DNA of 64,000 nucleotides from an uncultured archaeon (GTDB lineage Archaea > Iainarchaeota > Iainarchaeia > Iainarchaeales > Iainarchaeaceae), in the NCBI GenBank assembly GCA_964373815.1, contig CAYJWI010000001.1, positions 7,885 through 71,884 on the forward strand. The letters run 5' to 3'. The notes under the pieces were generated by a model that saw nothing but the letters and a program-made list of their open reading frames with translations, searched no databases and had not been told where the DNA came from. Shown here piece by piece: positions 1 through 8,341 of the stretch. A program made the position numbers and the translations under genes. How positions within the stretch are numbered: the first letter of the stretch is position 1; each line of letters opens with the position of its first letter.

Positions 1-30
1 TCAAGCAAGGTTGCAGGAATTTCCCAAAGC

Positions 31-1716
31 TTACTTCAAATAGTCGATGTTAAGGCCAAGAGTTTCCTTCAGTTCACGCAGCTGCTTTGCGGCTCTCTGT
101 ATGTTCGCGTTCCTGCTGTTTTTCACTATGAATTCGGTGTAACCTGTCGAGGCGTCGCTGTTTATCTTGCATATCGCGGTTTCGAGGTTGAAGCCGTTCC
201 TGTGCATTATCCTGCACTGCTCATAGAGCAGCCCTGACCTGTCCATACTGTCAATCCTGAATTTCACAAGGCCTAGGTTCCCGTTGTGCTTCCCGTACTC
301 CTTGAGGCTTTTTTCCACGTTCCTCCTCGCCTTTTCCGAGTACGCGAGCGAGAGCCAGCTCGTGTTCACCTGCTTGTGGTCCGAGTAAATTATTTTCACC
401 CTGTCGCCGGAATTGATCTTCGTCCAGAGGGGGAGGATTTTCCCGTTTATTTCCGCCTTGAACGCCCTTTCCGCCTTCTTCCCGTCCTTGAAAAACGCGA
501 AGTCGATTGCGGTTGACTCCGGTGGGAGCTCTATTACCTCTCCCTTGTCCGTGAACACTATCATCGTCCTGTTGTGGAAATCGAGGTTGAGCGTGCCTGC
601 AAGCTCCTCGCTGTCCGTAACTTCTGGCCTGCTTAGCTTCGAAAACATTTTTTCGAACCTTTTGAGCTGCGGGTTCTTGGCTTTTTTCCGGAGGAGCGCA
701 ACAACGCCTTCCCTGCCTATCTCATCCATTTCGCGGGAGAAAATGTATACCTTGAGCGGCTTCTTCGACGGCCCTATTACCTGGGTGTGCAGGGACTGGT
801 ATATGGCGTATTCCGGAATCGCGATGAGGTCCTTCATTTTTTTCGGCAGCGGCTTGAAAGCGGAGTGTATTTTCCCGAGGGCAGAGTAGCAGTCCTGTTC
901 CTGCGGGACTATTACCTTGAGTATCAGGGTGTCGTTGAGCTCGCTGAGCTCTTTGCTATTGACAAGCATCTTGCTGTGCACGGAATAAAACGATTTTCTC
1001 TTGCTGGAAAATTCCCAGTCCATTTCCGGGTGCTTCTTCTTCAGGATCTGGATTGCCTTCTTGAGGTCCGCCTCCTTCCTTTTCCTGTTTTTCTCTATTT
1101 CCTTCTTGAGCTTCTTGAATTTTTTCGGCTCGAGGGAGCTGAAGCAGAGGTCCTCCATTTCATACTTGAGGCCGTGCATGCCGAGCTTGTGCGTGAGCGG
1201 CACGTAAACCACGAGGGCATCGGCTGCGATTCTCATCTGCTTTTCCCTCGGGAGGTGCCTTAGGGTCCTCAGGTTGTGGAGCTTGTCGAAAAGCTTTATT
1301 ATCAGCACGCGCAAATCCTTCGAGGACGCCATTATTGTCTTGATTATGTTAGCGGTCGACTGCTCCTTCCTTGACCTGAAAGCCTCCCTGTCAAGGTTCG
1401 TCAGGCCTTCCACAAGGCCGTAAATTTCGGGGCCGAATTTCTCCCGAAGCTCCGCCCTGCTGATTTTGGTGTCCTCGATTATGTCATGGAGCAGCGCAGC
1501 CGAGACAATGACTTCGTCAAGGCCCCTATCGGCAAGCATTTTTGCAACCGCAAGAGGATGTATGAAGTAAGGCTCCCCGGATTCCCTGAACTGGCCTTCG
1601 TGCCACTTCCTCGAAAGCGCCGCCGCCTCATCGATGAGCCTTATGTCGGCCTTCGGGTGGCTTGCCTTCAAGGCAGATTTGAGTGCCGTAAGTTCCCTGC
1701 CGAAGCCGTTCTTCAT
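31..1716 (-). CDS. long RelA/SpoT homologue (HD hydrolase, synthetase-like region, TGS, ACT)
   Basis: 561-aa ORF. HD motifs HPLAVAKML..LLHDIIEDT and RVLIIKLFDKLHNLRTL. Synthetase-region motifs KRKSFYSVHSKM and YQSLHT. TGS-like VFTDKGEVIELPPESTAIDFAF. ACT-like C-terminus FRIDSMDRSGLL. Confidence 0.8.
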   Translation of the reverse strand: MKNGFGRELTALKSALKASHPKADIRLIDEAAALSRKWHEGQFRESGEPYFIHPLAVAKMLADRGLDEVIVSAALLHDIIEDTKISRAELREKFGPEIYGLVEGLTNLDREAFRSRKEQSTANIIKTIMASSKDLRVLIIKLFDKLHNLRTLRHLPREKQMRIAADALVVYVPLTHKLGMHGLKYEMEDLCFSSLEPKKFKKLKKEIEKNRKRKEADLKKAIQILKKKHPEMDWEFSSKRKSFYSVHSKMLVNSKELSELNDTLILKVIVPQEQDCYSALGKIHSAFKPLPKKMKDLIAIPEYAIYQSLHTQVIGPSKKPLKVYIFSREMDEIGREGVVALLRKKAKNPQLKRFEKMFSKLSRPEVTDSEELAGTLNLDFHNRTMIVFTDKGEVIELPPESTAIDFAFFKDGKKAERAFKAEINGKILPLWTKINSGDRVKIIYSDHKQVNTSWLSLAYSEKARRNVEKSLKEYGKHNGNLGLVKFRIDSMDRSGLLYEQCRIMHRNGFNLETAICKINSDASTGYTEFIVKNSRNANIQRAAKQLRELKETLGLNIDYLK

Positions 1717-1996
1717 GTCAAATTATTTCCACGAAACTGGTTTTAAATGGTAATTCTGGGCGCATCTTATTAGGTGCCGAATCTGCGTCTAATATCGCCA
1801 AGAGGATGTGGCAGCTCCCACACTTCGGAACACTTTTTGTGTATGCGTGAGCCTTCCGCCAGGTTTCTTTAGCATGGCCCGCTCAAATTGCTTTTTCACT
1901 TTTTTCTTGAGCCTTGGCCCGGTACGCCTCATAATCCCACTTCCTGCAACAAGTAAGTTTTTGGTGTTAATAAATGTTTTGTGCGAAAAGTGCAGG

Positions 1997-3697
1997 CTAC
2001 ATTTCCATTACAAGCTCGATGTTTAGCAGTTGCGCGCCTTTGGCTATGGTTTGCACAACGGCCTTCACGAGCGCAAGCCTCGCTTCGGCGAGGCCCTTTT
2101 CCGCCTGCAGCACCGGCACTTCATGGTAAAACGAGTTGAATGCCGAAGAGAGCCCGAGGAGGTAGTGCGCTATTTTGTGCGGGCTGTTAGAATCACGCGC
2201 CTCGCGGGCCTTTGCATCAAAGCCTGAAATTAGCGAGACAAGCTCCCTCTCCTTTTGGTGCGAGAGCGGGTATTGCTTTGGTTTGCCGATTCTTCCAGCC
2301 TTGCGAAGGATGCTCTGGCCCCTTGCATAGCTGTAGAGCACGAACGGCCCGGTTTCGCCCTCGAGGCTCGTGGCTTTCTCCCAGTTGAACACAATTACTT
2401 TGTTCCTGTCCTGGGCAAGCATCCCGAACTTTATCGCCGCGAGCGATATTTTTTTCGCGGTCTTGGTGAGTTTCTTTTCATTCCATTCCGCGTGCCTCTG
2501 CCTTGTCTCTGCAAGCGTTTTTGCAAAAACGGTGTCGAAAACCTCAGTGTAAGTTACGACATTCCCCTCGCGCGAGCTCATTTTCCCGTCCTCGAGCCTT
2601 ACGAGCTCGTAAATTATGTGCTCTGTTTCGCAGTACTCCGGCTTTCGCGCGTTTAGCAGCTCGATGGTCTTTATGAGCTGCCTGAAATAAAAATTCTGCT
2701 CCGAACCCACAACGTTGTAGGACTTCTCCGCCTTGAAATGCTTTTTCTTCATTTTCGCAAGGGCGAGGTCCTTTGAGGAATAAAGCGCGGCGCCGTCGCT
2801 TTTGAGTATCAGGAATTTCTCGAGGTTGAATTGCGTGAGGTCTACCAGTACGGCCCCCTGGTCTTTTACCGCAAAGCCTTCCTTGAGGAGTTCGTTTGCA
2901 ATCCGGATCCCTTCCTTTTCCACTTCGCTCTCGAGAATGATGTGGTCGAATTTCACGTTGAGTTCGCCAAAAATCCTCTTGAAGCACTGGACGCTGATTT
3001 TTCGCAGGTGCTTCCAGTCCTCCTTGAGCTGCCTGTCAGAGCCATTCTCGAGCGCCACCACCATTCCCCGCATTTTTTCCTCGAGGGATTTGTCTTCCTG
3101 CACTTTTTTTGCCCCCATCGCGTAAAGCTCCCCGAGCCACTTCCCCTTCTCCTTTATGTCTTTAGGCTCCTGTGCGTGCCCGAGGTTCCTGTAAGCATAA
3201 ATGGTTTTGCTGACGTGCGGCCCTACATCGCCCCCATAATCCACCCTTATGACATTTGTGCCGGATTCTTCGAGGATGCGGGCTATGCTCTCGCCGAGGC
3301 AGATGTTGCGCAAATGCCCGATGTGGAAAGCTTTCATCGGGTTTGCCTGGCAATATTCCACTATGGCTTTGCCTTGCTTGCCCTTCCCTTTCGCCTTTTT
3401 TTTCGGGGTGAGGGCGCCTTCAATAGCCTCTTTTGCGAATGAATCCTGCGCCGCGAAAAAGTTCACGTAAGGGCCTTTAGCTTCGGCCTTCGAGAATGAT
3501 TTCGGGAGAACAATTTTTCCCGCGAGCTCTTGCGCTATCTGCACGGGGCTCTTTTTCATCTGCGCCGCGAGCTTGAAGCAGGGGAGCGCGAAGTCGCCCA
3601 TTTCACGATTGGCCGGCACCTCGAGCAGCTGCTCTGCGAGCCCTTCATTTACACCCGCTTTTGCGATCGCTTTCACGAGCTCTTTTCTGAAGTCCAT
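1997..3697 (-). CDS. argS: arginine--tRNA ligase
   Basis: 566-aa ORF with class I signatures HIGHLRN and KMSSREGN. Confidence 0.9.
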   Translation of the reverse strand: MDFRKELVKAIAKAGVNEGLAEQLLEVPANREMGDFALPCFKLAAQMKKSPVQIAQELAGKIVLPKSFSKAEAKGPYVNFFAAQDSFAKEAIEGALTPKKKAKGKGKQGKAIVEYCQANPMKAFHIGHLRNICLGESIARILEESGTNVIRVDYGGDVGPHVSKTIYAYRNLGHAQEPKDIKEKGKWLGELYAMGAKKVQEDKSLEEKMRGMVVALENGSDRQLKEDWKHLRKISVQCFKRIFGELNVKFDHIILESEVEKEGIRIANELLKEGFAVKDQGAVLVDLTQFNLEKFLILKSDGAALYSSKDLALAKMKKKHFKAEKSYNVVGSEQNFYFRQLIKTIELLNARKPEYCETEHIIYELVRLEDGKMSSREGNVVTYTEVFDTVFAKTLAETRQRHAEWNEKKLTKTAKKISLAAIKFGMLAQDRNKVIVFNWEKATSLEGETGPFVLYSYARGQSILRKAGRIGKPKQYPLSHQKERELVSLISGFDAKAREARDSNSPHKIAHYLLGLSSAFNSFYHEVPVLQAEKGLAEARLALVKAVVQTIAKGAQLLNIELVMEM

Positions 3698-3734
3698 GCA
3701 ATATCATTCCGTGCTAAGCCTTTTTTTGCCTTTG

Positions 3735-3986
3735 TCAATCGTAGACGTGTCCTCTGTCGTCAATCCATGCAAACTTGATTTTCTGGGTGTTGAATGTATA
3801 GATTATCCTTCGATTTTCAACTCTTTCGCTCCTGAATGATTGAAGCGGCTTGTGCAATGGTTTTCCGAGTTCAGGATTTTTCACTATCTTTAATATCTTT
3901 TTTTTGATTAACTCCCTAGTCCTCTGGTCAAGTTTTTTGTACTGTTTTTCGAATTTCGCGGAATAAAAATAAGGGAGTATCATCAC
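3735..3986 (-). CDS. RelE/ParE-family type II toxin
   Basis: 83-aa ORF. FEKQYKKL..IKKKILKIVKNPELGKPL..RSERVENRRIIYTF matches the RelE/ParE pattern. It overlaps the upstream small ORF by 4 nt. Confidence 0.65.
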   Translation of the reverse strand: MMILPYFYSAKFEKQYKKLDQRTRELIKKKILKIVKNPELGKPLHKPLQSFRSERVENRRIIYTFNTQKIKFAWIDDRGHVYD

Positions 3987-4192
3987 TTATCGAGCTCTGC
4001 AAGCATTTTTTTGACGGAGGAAAACTTTTTTGTTTTTCCTGCCTTCAATTCTTCTATCGCTTCCCAGAACTCTGGATTGCTGAACATTTCAAGGTCCTCA
4101 AGGTATTCCCTGAAATCCTTTTTGAGCCTGGAAGCCTCTGCCCGCAGTTGCTTTATTGCCGTTTTTTGAATCACTTGTACTCCATTAGCCAT
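3983..4192 (-). CDS. putative cognate antitoxin
   Basis: 69-aa acidic, helical ORF directly upstream of and overlapping the RelE-like gene. The call rests on position only. Confidence 0.45.
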   Translation of the reverse strand: MANGVQVIQKTAIKQLRAEASRLKKDFREYLEDLEMFSNPEFWEAIEELKAGKTKKFSSVKKMLAELDK

Positions 4193-4297
4193 TTGGCCAC
4201 CAATCTAATATTGCTGCCCTTCATGTATAAAATGTTTTAGTTGAGCCCTTGTAAAGGGCGCGATAAATGCCCTTTCCGAAAAGAGCATAATAATTAG

Positions 4298-4407
4298 CGG
4301 ACCCGGGGGGATTTGAACCCCCGACCACCTGCTAGCTTCCCTTTTCCGCTAACCTTTTTGAAAAAGGCTAGAAGGCAGGTGCTCTATCCAAGCTGAGCTA
4401 CGGATCC
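4298..4407 (-). tRNA. tRNA-Arg(UCU) with a 35-nt intron after position 37
   Basis: The minus strand reads GGATCCG-TA-GCTC..GAGC-A-CCTGC-CTTCTA[intron]A-GCAGG-TGGTC-GGGGG-TTCAAAT-CCCCC-CGGGTCC-G. All four stems pair. Length is 110 nt, 75 nt mature. Confidence 0.8.
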
Positions 4408-4458
4408 ATTTTGGCTAAGAATCTAAGAGTTAAAGGGCTTTAAAAGGGTAATTGGGGG

Positions 4459-4995
4459 TCATTTGGCTTCTTTGAGCAATTCTTCAATGTCAAGGGGCAG
4501 GGTTTGCATGGCGGGTTTTCCGTCGCCCTTTTTCGGCCATTTCTCCTTGCCCCTGTCGGCGTAGAGCTCTATCCCATTGCCGTCCGGGTCGTGCAGGTAA
4601 ATGGATTCCGAGACTGCGTGGTCGGCTGCCCCGTCAATTGGGTATCCCGCATCCACAAGCCTTTTCAGAGCGCGGACAAGCTCCTTCCTGTTTGGATAGA
4701 GTATCGCGAAATGGTAGAGCCCTATTTGGCCTTCCTGCGGCTTCCTTGCCCCGGGAGAGCTCCAGGTATTGAGCCCTATGTGGTGATGATAGCCACCCGC
4801 GGAAAGGAAAACCGCGCCGTTCCACTCCTCCGTGACTTCAAAGCCGAGCAGGTCGCGGTAAAACTTGAGCGATTTTTCCAAGTCCGAAACCGTGAGGTGT
4901 ATGTGCCCAATCCTTGTTTTGGGGTGTATTTTGTGTGGTTTCATTTTCAAAACCTTTTGCACAGCTCCTGAAAACTTTTTTCGTATCTCTTGCAC
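4459..4995 (-). CDS. VOC (glyoxalase/bleomycin-resistance/dioxygenase) family protein
   Basis: 178-aa ORF with IGHIHLTVSDLEKSLKFYRDLLGFEV and a second beta-alpha-beta module GLYHFAILYPN..YLHDPDGNGIELY. Confidence 0.75.
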   Translation of the reverse strand: MQEIRKKFSGAVQKVLKMKPHKIHPKTRIGHIHLTVSDLEKSLKFYRDLLGFEVTEEWNGAVFLSAGGYHHHIGLNTWSSPGARKPQEGQIGLYHFAILYPNRKELVRALKRLVDAGYPIDGAADHAVSESIYLHDPDGNGIELYADRGKEKWPKKGDGKPAMQTLPLDIEELLKEAK

Positions 4996-5001
4996 TGGAA
5001 T

Positions 5002-5982
5002 TCACTGGTAGAGCATGCCGTAGTACATCTGCTCTATCAGCGCATTGTATTTCTGCGGCTGTTCCGGGGAAACAAATGATTCTATCGGCGCGGCGTAGTA
5101 GGCGACCCGCTCGCCCACCTGGCTTGAAATTATGAAGGGGAGGTCCTTTCCAAAATTATATGTTTTGCCGGCTTCGAGCCAGGGCTGGCCTGTCCCTTTC
5201 CCGAGCAGCTTTGCCCCGTAATCGAGCACAGCCACAAGCCTCGAGCCTTCTTTCAACTGCTCTACCACTGCGAAGTTCCCGCGGAAAGGTATTGAAGGGC
5301 TAAGGCCGTACGAAAGTTTGTGGTCAGAGTTCGTTATTTCTATCCTGCCAGCATCCTCGCCTTTCCTGCATTCCGTGAAGTCGCAGTAATTGCCCTTGTA
5401 CTGCGCCCCGAGGAATTCGTCAAATGAAACCTGGTTGTTGGAATCCTTGCGCGCCCAGGGCCCGAGCACAATCGCCTTGCCTCCCGGAACCCTCTCGCTC
5501 TCAAGCAAATAAGTGTCGTTCTGCCCATACCTACCCCCGCCGCCCTCGCCCGAGCAGAGCTCGGTCCCGGCATCGCCTGTCCACACAAGCCTTCCGCCGG
5601 AGTTCACGTAGAACTCGAAGAGCTTGAGCTTGTCCGAGCAGATTTTTTTCGCCCTTTCCACGATCATCAAGTCGAATTCGCGCACGTTGACATAATTGAG
5701 CTTCTCGATGCCCATCGAGCGCGCCTGCGCCCTAACCAAATCCCTGCCGTTCAGGACCTCGACAAGCCTGTCAGGGTCCCCGAGCCCGGAATCGCCATAA
5801 ACCACGAGGATGTTCGGCTGCCCGCCTTTCACGAAGCGGTAATAGATTTCGCAGCCGCCCGGAACCGCATTGCACCCGAGCAGCCCGGTAAAAATAAGGA
5901 CACCCAGAAGGCCTGCGAGCAGCACCGCGAGTATTACAAGGTGGACAACGTTCGCCCTGAGCTTTTCGTCCATAAATATCAA
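5002..5982 (-). CDS. hypothetical membrane-anchored protein
   Basis: 326-aa ORF with an N-terminal hydrophobic helix VVHLVILAVLLAGLLGVLIFTGLLG. No motif recognised. Confidence 0.5.
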   Translation of the reverse strand: MIFMDEKLRANVVHLVILAVLLAGLLGVLIFTGLLGCNAVPGGCEIYYRFVKGGQPNILVVYGDSGLGDPDRLVEVLNGRDLVRAQARSMGIEKLNYVNVREFDLMIVERAKKICSDKLKLFEFYVNSGGRLVWTGDAGTELCSGEGGGGRYGQNDTYLLESERVPGGKAIVLGPWARKDSNNQVSFDEFLGAQYKGNYCDFTECRKGEDAGRIEITNSDHKLSYGLSPSIPFRGNFAVVEQLKEGSRLVAVLDYGAKLLGKGTGQPWLEAGKTYNFGKDLPFIISSQVGERVAYYAAPIESFVSPEQPQKYNALIEQMYYGMLYQ

Positions 5983-6001
5983 AACGAGGGCTTTGTATAA
6001 A

Positions 6002-6682
6002 TTACTTTTGCTTGAGGGAAAGCTCTCCGATTAGAAGCGCGAAGAAAATGTTAGAAATTATGTGCGTGAAGGAAAATGGCCAGACCAGCAAGAGCCCATC
6101 GCCGAAGTTCAGGATAACCTCGAAAATCAGCGTGCCGATAACCGTGTAGAGCACGAGCGTTCCTGTATCTGCCTTTCTTGCATATCCCGCCAAGCTTCCC
6201 GCAATAGCGCCCCCTATACCCTGCAAAAGGCTGTAGAGCCCGAAAGGCCCGCCTTCGAGGAAAATGTTTGAAAGAGGGTATGCGAGCAGGCCTATCAGAA
6301 CCCCGGCATTCACTCCATAAGAGAGCCCGGCAAAAACCGCGACAGGGATTATTGGCTCAATTGAAGTCAATGTCGGGAACTGCTTTATGAGCACCCTTCC
6401 AATGACTGCGGCAAGAAGAAGTATTACAATTTCCGCTTCGCCTATGGTTTTCTTTTTCGGCTTTCCGTATTTTTTTCCAGAACTTTGCGCATTGTGCTCC
6501 GCATGGCTTTCGCTGCCTCCATGCCCTGCGCCATGCCCACCATTGTCATGCCCTGCGTGCCCGCCGCCTTCGTGGCCATCATCCCCATGCCCCTCGTCCC
6601 CTTGGCCTTCATGCTCGTCCTCGAGGTACTCGCTCTCCTCGTTGGCCTCTTCCTTTTCTCCCTTTTGTCCATGGCCTGACAT
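6002..6682 (-). CDS. polytopic membrane protein with His/Gly/Asp-rich N-terminal tail
   Basis: Start taken at the internal MSGHGQ, which avoids overlap with the divergent gene. About 65 aa of HEGQGDEGHGDDGHEGGGHAGHDNGGHGAGHGG is followed by about 5 predicted TM helices, loosely like an ECF S-component. Confidence 0.55.
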   Translation of the reverse strand: MSGHGQKGEKEEANEESEYLEDEHEGQGDEGHGDDGHEGGGHAGHDNGGHGAGHGGSESHAEHNAQSSGKKYGKPKKKTIGEAEIVILLLAAVIGRVLIKQFPTLTSIEPIIPVAVFAGLSYGVNAGVLIGLLAYPLSNIFLEGGPFGLYSLLQGIGGAIAGSLAGYARKADTGTLVLYTVIGTLIFEVILNFGDGLLLVWPFSFTHIISNIFFALLIGELSLKQK

Positions 6683-6781
6683 GACTGATTCTTGGGTTGA
6701 GAAAGAATATAATCCTTGCCAATTCCGCACCGGCAATGAGGCATGCAAAGCGGCTTATCAACACTGGCTCGAAATAAATCC

Positions 6782-7573
6782 ATGGAATTCACTGAAAAGC
6801 ACGCGGAGCTGGTTGGCTTGCACTTTGGAGACGGCAGCTTCACTGTCCGCACCGGGACAAACCGATTGAGATTCCAGTTGAGGGGGGATGCGCACGAAGA
6901 CAGGGCGCATTATGAAGATTTCATAATCCCTTTATGCAATGAGCTAATCGGGATTCCACTATTTGGCAGAAGTCTTTGTACTGTATTTGACAGGAAACTC
7001 AACAGTTTTGGCGTCTGCGTCGAGAGTTGTCGAATTTTGGGATTCTTTCAAGCGCTTGGAATTCCAATAGGGGAAAAACATGAATTGCCTATTCCAGAAT
7101 GGATTAAAAGCAATAATGAATTCTCAAAGGCTTTTGTAAGGGGGCTGTTTGACACCGATGGAGGAATATATTATAAAAAAAACAACACGGCAAAAAGCCA
7201 GCTTAATACAGTAGGCATGCTTCACATATGTTCAACTTCAAAAGTGCTGATTTACGAGACTTCCGGAATTCTTTCACGTGTTGGCATCAAGCACTACATA
7301 AAGCATGGCATAAAGACCAACGGCGAGAGGGATTATTACAAAATCGAGGTTTACCGCCCACACCACAGGTCATTCCTCGAGGCTATAGGTTCCCACAATC
7401 CGAAACATTTGACAAAATTTTGGGTTGCCGAAAAATTCGGTTTTTGCCCTCCTAGAACGACCCTTGAACAGAGAAGGCAAATTTTAAAAGGTGATTTGAG
7501 CCCACTTTCATTTCACAGCGAGGGTACCGTAGCGGTCAACCGGGCTAGCTTGAGGTTCTTTGGTAGTAATTGA
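6782..7573 (+). CDS. free-standing double-motif LAGLIDADG homing endonuclease
   Basis: Two LAGLIDADG motifs, LVGLHFGDGSF and FVRGLFDTDGGIY, about 100 aa apart. Start taken at MEFTEK. The frame continues 56 nt into tRNA-Leu and stops at a TGA inside its intron. Confidence 0.75.
   Translation: MEFTEKHAELVGLHFGDGSFTVRTGTNRLRFQLRGDAHEDRAHYEDFIIPLCNELIGIPLFGRSLCTVFDRKLNSFGVCVESCRILGFFQALGIPIGEKHELPIPEWIKSNNEFSKAFVRGLFDTDGGIYYKKNNTAKSQLNTVGMLHICSTSKVLIYETSGILSRVGIKHYIKHGIKTNGERDYYKIEVYRPHHRSFLEAIGSHNPKHLTKFWVAEKFGFCPPRTTLEQRRQILKGDLSPLSFHSEGTVAVNRASLRFFGSN
7482..7489 (+). promoter_or_regulatory. candidate TATA box for tRNA-Leu
   Basis: TTTTAAAA lies 29-36 nt upstream of the mature tRNA 5' end, inside the endonuclease coding region. 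Confidence 0.3.
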
Positions 7574-7632
7574 CCATCGGGCAATTGGCTAGTGGCTTAG
7601 TGCCTTCAGCAGTTCGAATCTGCTCCCTCGCA
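7518..7632 (+). tRNA. tRNA-Leu(GAG), class II, with a ~31-nt intron after position 37
   Basis: GCGAGGG-TA-CCG..CGG-G-CTAGC-TTGAGG[intron]-GCTAG, long variable arm TGGCTTAGTGCCTTC, T arm AGCAG-TTCGAAT-CTGCT, acceptor CCCTCGC-A. Confidence 0.8.
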
Positions 7633-7745
7633 ATCTTTTTCTTTCTCTTGGAAAGAGAAAGGAAAAAGATTGATCAAAAAGAAAGAGAACCAAGGTGTTT
7701 ACGTAAAAGAAAAGGAACTGGAACGTTAACGAAAAGAAAAAGAGT
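7633..7745. repeat. tRNA-flanking polypyrimidine/polypurine element, copy 1
   Basis: Near-perfect hairpin ATCTTTTTCTTTCTCTT-GGAA-AGAGAAAGGAAAAAGAT (7633-7670) plus downstream block AACGTTAACGAAAAGAAAAAGAG (7722-7745). Related copies lie at 28301-28410 and 33933-33990. Confidence 0.6.
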
Positions 7746-7775
7746 AAAAGAAATCCAGGAAAAGCAAGTTGAAAT

Positions 7776-8246
7776 TCACAAATGCTGCTTTATCTGCTTT
7801 TGCCATGCGAGCAGTTCCGCCTCTTCGCCTTTCCTCGAGCCGGGCGCAATCTTGAGGCCATCCCCCTTGAACCGCGGGATGATGTGGAAATGTATGTGGT
7901 GTATTACCTGCCCCGCGGCTTCGCGGTTGTTTTGCAGCACGTTAAACCCGTCCGCCTTCGTCGCCTTCATCGCCGCCGCGCCGATTTTCTGCACAACGCG
8001 GATGAGTTCCTTGAGCTCGATTTCAGGGATGTCGAGCATTGTCGCATAATGGTTTTTCGATATGACAAGGCAGTGGCCTTTCGAGGCCGGGTAAATATCC
8101 AGAAAGCTCAAGGCGCTCTCATCCTCATAGAGCCTTGTTGAAGGTATCTTCCCTTCGGCTATTTTGCAGAAAATGCAATCGTCCAAATCAACACCTAAAT
8201 TACGCTTACGCCGATGATTATTTAACTCAACGCTGAGAGCCAGCAA
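7776..8246 (-). CDS. HIT (histidine triad) family hydrolase
   Basis: CIFCKI near the N-terminus and the HIT motif HHIHFHIIPR. The true start may lie downstream of the ORF-track start. Confidence 0.8.
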   Translation of the reverse strand: MLALSVELNNHRRKRNLGVDLDDCIFCKIAEGKIPSTRLYEDESALSFLDIYPASKGHCLVISKNHYATMLDIPEIELKELIRVVQKIGAAAMKATKADGFNVLQNNREAAGQVIHHIHFHIIPRFKGDGLKIAPGSRKGEEAELLAWQKQIKQHL

Positions 8247-8341
8247 TCATTTTTACCTACGCCTACGTTTATATTTTCAGAGTCTTGTAGTCAGTTACAT
8301 TTAATTGCACTCAAGTTCTTGTTCGCAAATTTTGTTATATG

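Noticed and set aside
286-1746. Plus-strand track ORFs (286..516, 413..889, 787..1263, 1001..1207, 1486..1746) opposite the RSH gene.
   Set aside because: These are shadow ORFs antisense to a motif-supported 561-aa gene, with low-complexity, R/L/F-rich translations. The same reasoning applies to the many antisense or alternative-frame ORFs inside argS, hppA, the ATPase genes, the surface-protein genes and hisD.
1789-1932. A 47-aa basic ORF (MRRTGPRLKKKVKKQFERAMLKKPGGRLTHTQKVFRS...) between argS and the RSH gene. KKPGGR is reminiscent of ribosomal protein L34e, and a CxxC appears in another frame after an A5 run.
   Set aside because: The similarity is limited to one short motif. Making an L34e-length protein requires an assumed frameshift, and the downstream region aligns poorly to what I remember of L34e. 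This is not enough to annotate, but a profile search would settle it.
6743-6781. The upstream extension of the LAGLIDADG ORF (track start 6743), which overlaps the divergent membrane gene's track start.
   Set aside because: Both long track starts overlap head-to-head. The internal starts (6782 and 6682) leave a 99-nt divergent promoter region and retain all recognisable domains.
7633-7760. Whether the repeated GAAAAG/CTTTTC-rich blocks near tRNAs are a degenerate CRISPR array.
   Set aside because: Regular repeat-spacer periodicity is absent. There are only one or two blocks per locus, no cas genes, and the blocks are hairpins of low complexity.
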